Assembly (NCBI RefSeq): GCF_041381155.1
Contig: NC_091134.1
Coordinates: forward strand, 61,182,902 to 61,246,901
Direction of reading: 5' to 3'
Length of the DNA: 64,000 nucleotides
Source of the DNA: Argopecten irradians
Taxonomy: Eukaryota
Shown here: piece by piece, positions 61,456 to 64,000 of the stretch
Layout: the number at the start of each line of letters is the position of its first letter
How positions within the stretch are numbered: the stretch's first letter is position 1
Notes under the pieces: model-generated
What the model was told of the DNA's origin: nothing
Databases searched by the model: none
What the model saw: only the letters and a program-made list of their open reading frames with translations
Program-made: the position numbers and the translations under genes

Positions 61456-62172
61456 GTACAACTAATAAAATAAGATGGTTGTTTCTTATTCTACTTTTCA
61501 TAAAATTTCAGTAATGTATTTGAGATATATCTTATTCAAATGAATCAACTTTGGTTTTCATAAAAGTTCCGCTGTGTTGGATACACACATCGCAATTTCC
61601 TGTGTGGTCAGCGGATTGCATTTTCTTGAGAAAGTAAAATGATTTCTTTCACTATTTCGCAAATGACGTTTGGAGGTACATATTGCATTAATTCCTCGTC
61701 ATTGAATGTTGTCTATTATAGAATTTTCCCTTAAAGTATTTTTGCTGTAAATGTAAACTTAATTTGTGTATAGCAAGATCATTTTTTTACGTGTACATTC
61801 ATTTTCATAAGCTTACTTTTTGTAGCAGTTTATAACGTACAAATGGCAAGCCTTGGATAAGTTGATACAAAGACGTAAACGTTGAAAGAGAAACGTCCTT
61901 TACAGAAAGAAATTTAGAATTGTGTTCAGTTTATTGAATTAGAATAATTGACCTGAATACGTGTTTGATTCAAAAATAGTAGTCACTTCCATCATAATCG
62001 GTTTTTGGTTAAATAGAATCGCGTTGTGATGTTTTTTTGATATATCGAAATTAGCAAAGAAATGTAGTTAACCTGAATGTAAATGTAAATTTGTGGAAAT
62101 AATAAGTAATGAAGAAGATTGTTTTCTTGCATTGATTATGACATCCTTATCAAATATGATATATATACTTCA

Positions 62173-62287
62173 GAGTTTGATCACTGTGCGTCCAACCCTT
62201 GTCTACATAACGGTGAGTGCACTGATAGGACAGGTGGATTTTTCTGTAACTGTACGACTACCTACGGTGGAGCTAAATGTGAATATG
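62173..62287 (+). CDS. Gene B exon 6, EGF-like domain (-E FDHCASNPCLHNGECTDRTGGFFCNCTTTYGGAKCEY-). Boundaries are +/-1 nt (see the coordinate caveat in the rejected list).
   Basis: Six-cysteine EGF pattern CxxxxCxxxGxCxxxxxxFxCxCxxxxxGxxCE. Acceptor tatacttcag| and donor atatg|gtaagg. Confidence 0.7.
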
Positions 62288-62696
62288 GTAAGGATTAAAT
62301 TTATTGTAGTATTTTGAAATTTGTGTTGTATTAATGATCTTGTTTTATGTAATTGTATTTAATACTACTTTCGAAAAGGAGATGGCTAACTTATATTTAT
62401 TTTTATCTTATTTCAGTGAGATACTTCAATGCTTTTCGTTATTTTTTGAGAGTTTTGTTTACAAAATAAAAAATGACTTGATATTCGATTTATTTGCTTT
62501 ATCAAGAAATCATGTTTACAAATCTATATGTATAATCAATGCCTTTATTGTAAATGGAAAGTCACGATAATGTTGTGTTTTTGCTCTATACTTAGATTGT
62601 CTTTAAATATTGGTGGGAAAGAAAAAAAATATCCAGTGAGAATGTCGCATTCTGCATACAAACAGCGTAAAAAGGATTATTTACGTTTTATTTAAG

Positions 62697-62864
62697 CATG
62701 TTCGAATAATGCCGTTGGTATAAGAAGCCGGAGCATCATACCCGATGCCCAGTTGTCAGCCTATCAAACTTACAGTTCCTATCTAGCCTCCAATGGCAGA
62801 TACAGCGCCAGCGGCTACGGTTGGTGTGGAGTAAATACCGATTCGTGGCTCCAGGTGGACTTAG
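62697..62864 (+). CDS. Gene B exon 7, discoidin (F5/8 type C) domain N-terminal part (-A CSNNAVGIRSRSIIPDAQLSAYQTYSSYLASNGRYSASGYGWCGVNTDSWLQVDL-)
   Basis: Acceptor gttttatttaag| and donor acttag|gttact. It carries the canonical discoidin motifs C..LG..SG.I.D.Q..AS and WLQVDL. Confidence 0.8.
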
Positions 62865-63355
62865 GTTACTATATTTTCTTCTTTTGATATTTCTATTTTC
62901 AATAACAGAAAAACTCATTTGTATGACCTAGAGAAGGTATTTCGATGTCACCATATTTTGATGTCCTTGCTTCATCTGTCGACATTTTTAACATGAAATA
63001 CCATTCACTCGATTTATATTCGTACCGTGTTATTTCTTAATATCAATAATAAGTTTCATTCGGTAGAACTTATGTAAAGCTGTAGGAAATAGCATTTAGT
63101 AGTTAAGTCTAAAATTGATGTTTCGCTTAATTAGCCATTAAATTTCAGTCATTTTCCTTTTTCCAGTAACACCACTACTTACGCTGTATTCAGATTTGAT
63201 ACTTTAAGGTTTGTTCTCAGCACTTTCAAAGAAAATAGCACAATACCTAACAGGAGTTTATTGATAAAATTATTGCTTAGAAAAATACTATGTTACCATT
63301 ATGATAATAGGCCAATGGTTCTCGACCTGTTATTTTTACATAAATGTTATTGCAG

Positions 63356-63489
63356 GAAATATAACAAGAATATACAGAGTCAGTCAGCAAGGATATTCTA
63401 GTTCTCAGTACACCTTAGCATACACAATATCTTACAGCATTGATGGAAACACATTCCAGAAAGTCAACGACACGAACGGAAACGAGCAT
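63356..63489 (+). CDS. Gene B exon 8, discoidin middle (-G NITRIYRVSQQGYSSSQYTLAYTISYSIDGNTFQKVNDTNGNEH)
   Basis: Acceptor gttattgcag| and donor gagcat|gtacgt. Confidence 0.75.
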
Positions 63490-63754
63490 GTACGTATGGT
63501 TTAATTTCACAATGCATTTATGTCTGTTCATAAATAGCGCCCTTTTGTAATTCGTAATTTCCCTCATGCACTGATTTAATGAATAATTCAGTTACAGTGT
63601 TAGGTGTTTAACTGTACGCATGTTACAAGCATCTTAAAGAATCTTGACAGAGAATGAAAATTTCAACGTTTAAACTATGAATTTGTTAAAGCATGTTCTA
63701 TGTAAACGTACGCATGTTTAGCATTGCTATGTTGAATTATTTTTGATGTTACAG

Positions 63755-63898
63755 ACATTCTCAGCGTCTACAAGCACACGTTCCTACAGTCTACCCACAC
63801 CCGTCGATGCAAGATTTGTTCGTTTCCATCCTACGAGCTTCCGTAGCAGGCCTTGCTTTAAAGTGGAACTGTATGGATGTCATGTGTACGAAATCTGA
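63755..63898 (+). CDS. Gene B exon 9, discoidin C-terminal (TFSASTSTRSYSLPTPVDARFVRFHPTSFRSRPCFKVELYGCHVYEI*)
   Basis: Acceptor tgatgttacag| and stop TGA at 63896-63898. The motifs ARFVRFHP and ELYGC are the usual discoidin C-terminal signature. Confidence 0.8.
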   Translation, partial: TFSASTSTRSYSLPTPVDARFVRFHPTSFRSRPCFKVELYGCHVYEI

Positions 63899-63903
63899 AT
63901 AAA
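63898..63903 (+). promoter_or_regulatory. AATAAA polyadenylation signal overlapping the gene B stop codon
   Basis: tgAATAAAtg read directly. Confidence 0.5.
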
Positions 63904-64000
63904 TGTTCTCAAAATTTTGCAAAGATTTGAAGTTTTGTTATAAAGAAGATTTAAGTATTTTAACAATGCCACACAATGTAAATCGCCATAAATGTTACGA

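Larger units (their letters stand above)
58992..63898 (+). other. Gene B span. A complete 9-exon gene for a secreted protein containing a signal peptide, a dystroglycan-type cadherin-like/Ig-like region, an EGF domain and an F5/8 type C (discoidin) domain.
   Basis: All exons are phase-consistent with GT-AG introns. Domain signatures were read directly (EGF cysteine pattern, discoidin WLQVDL and C-terminal ELYGC). Confidence 0.75.

Noticed and set aside
62093-62317. The supplied ORF-track translation for 62093-62317 implies a sequence differing by one nucleotide from my reading of the printed lines near 62100/62101 and 62280/62281
   Set aside because: This is probably my miscount or a formatting quirk at line boundaries. 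The EGF exon reading CNCTTTYGGAKCEY-g|gtaagg follows the ORF-track frame. It only affects exon 6 boundaries by +/-1 nt and not the gene model.

Overview
This window is metazoan nuclear DNA, not prokaryotic. It has multi-exon genes with GT-AG introns, AATAAA signals, a tRNA-derived SINE, and large satellite and minisatellite arrays. The repeat content (stem-loop plus CCGT/CGTC microsatellite plus satellite array) resembles Helentron-associated HINE/DINE-1-like elements reported for oysters, so I infer a bivalve mollusc, possibly Crassostrea/Magallana-like. No operons, CRISPR arrays or defence islands are present, so the 'system' framing does not apply here. I reconstructed two protein-coding genes on the + strand by hand from splice signals, reading-frame continuity and recognisable domains.

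Gene A is a VWA5A/ITIH-like VIT-vWA family gene. It is 5-prime truncated by the window and runs from about 8560 to 53153. I found about 23 phase-consistent coding exons. Its introns are bloated by at least seven satellite-carrying hairpin elements, a 7-kb 36-bp minisatellite, a 3-kb 37-bp minisatellite, a hAT MITE and others. It contains an unusual acidic exon with a ribosomal P-stalk-like EESDEEEEMGFGLFEDD motif, and a 1.4-kb exon encoding eight 23-aa proline-rich (FH1-like) repeats.

Gene B (58992-63898) is a complete 9-exon gene. It encodes a secreted protein with a signal peptide, a dystroglycan-type cadherin-like/Ig-like region, an EGF domain and an F5/8 type C (discoidin) domain.

The first 7.5 kb is a large inverted arrangement of two satellite families around a LINE ORF2 fragment. 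The most interesting features are:
- a family of non-autonomous elements with conserved architecture (TTTAG-hairpin, tetranucleotide microsatellite, family-specific 145-157 bp satellite array, palindromic tail), all in one orientation antisense to gene A;
- one such element inserted cleanly into a minisatellite;
- a palindromic CAAGATGGC-N10-GCCATCTTG core shared by two otherwise different satellites.

All calls rest on sequence inspection only. No database searches were run.
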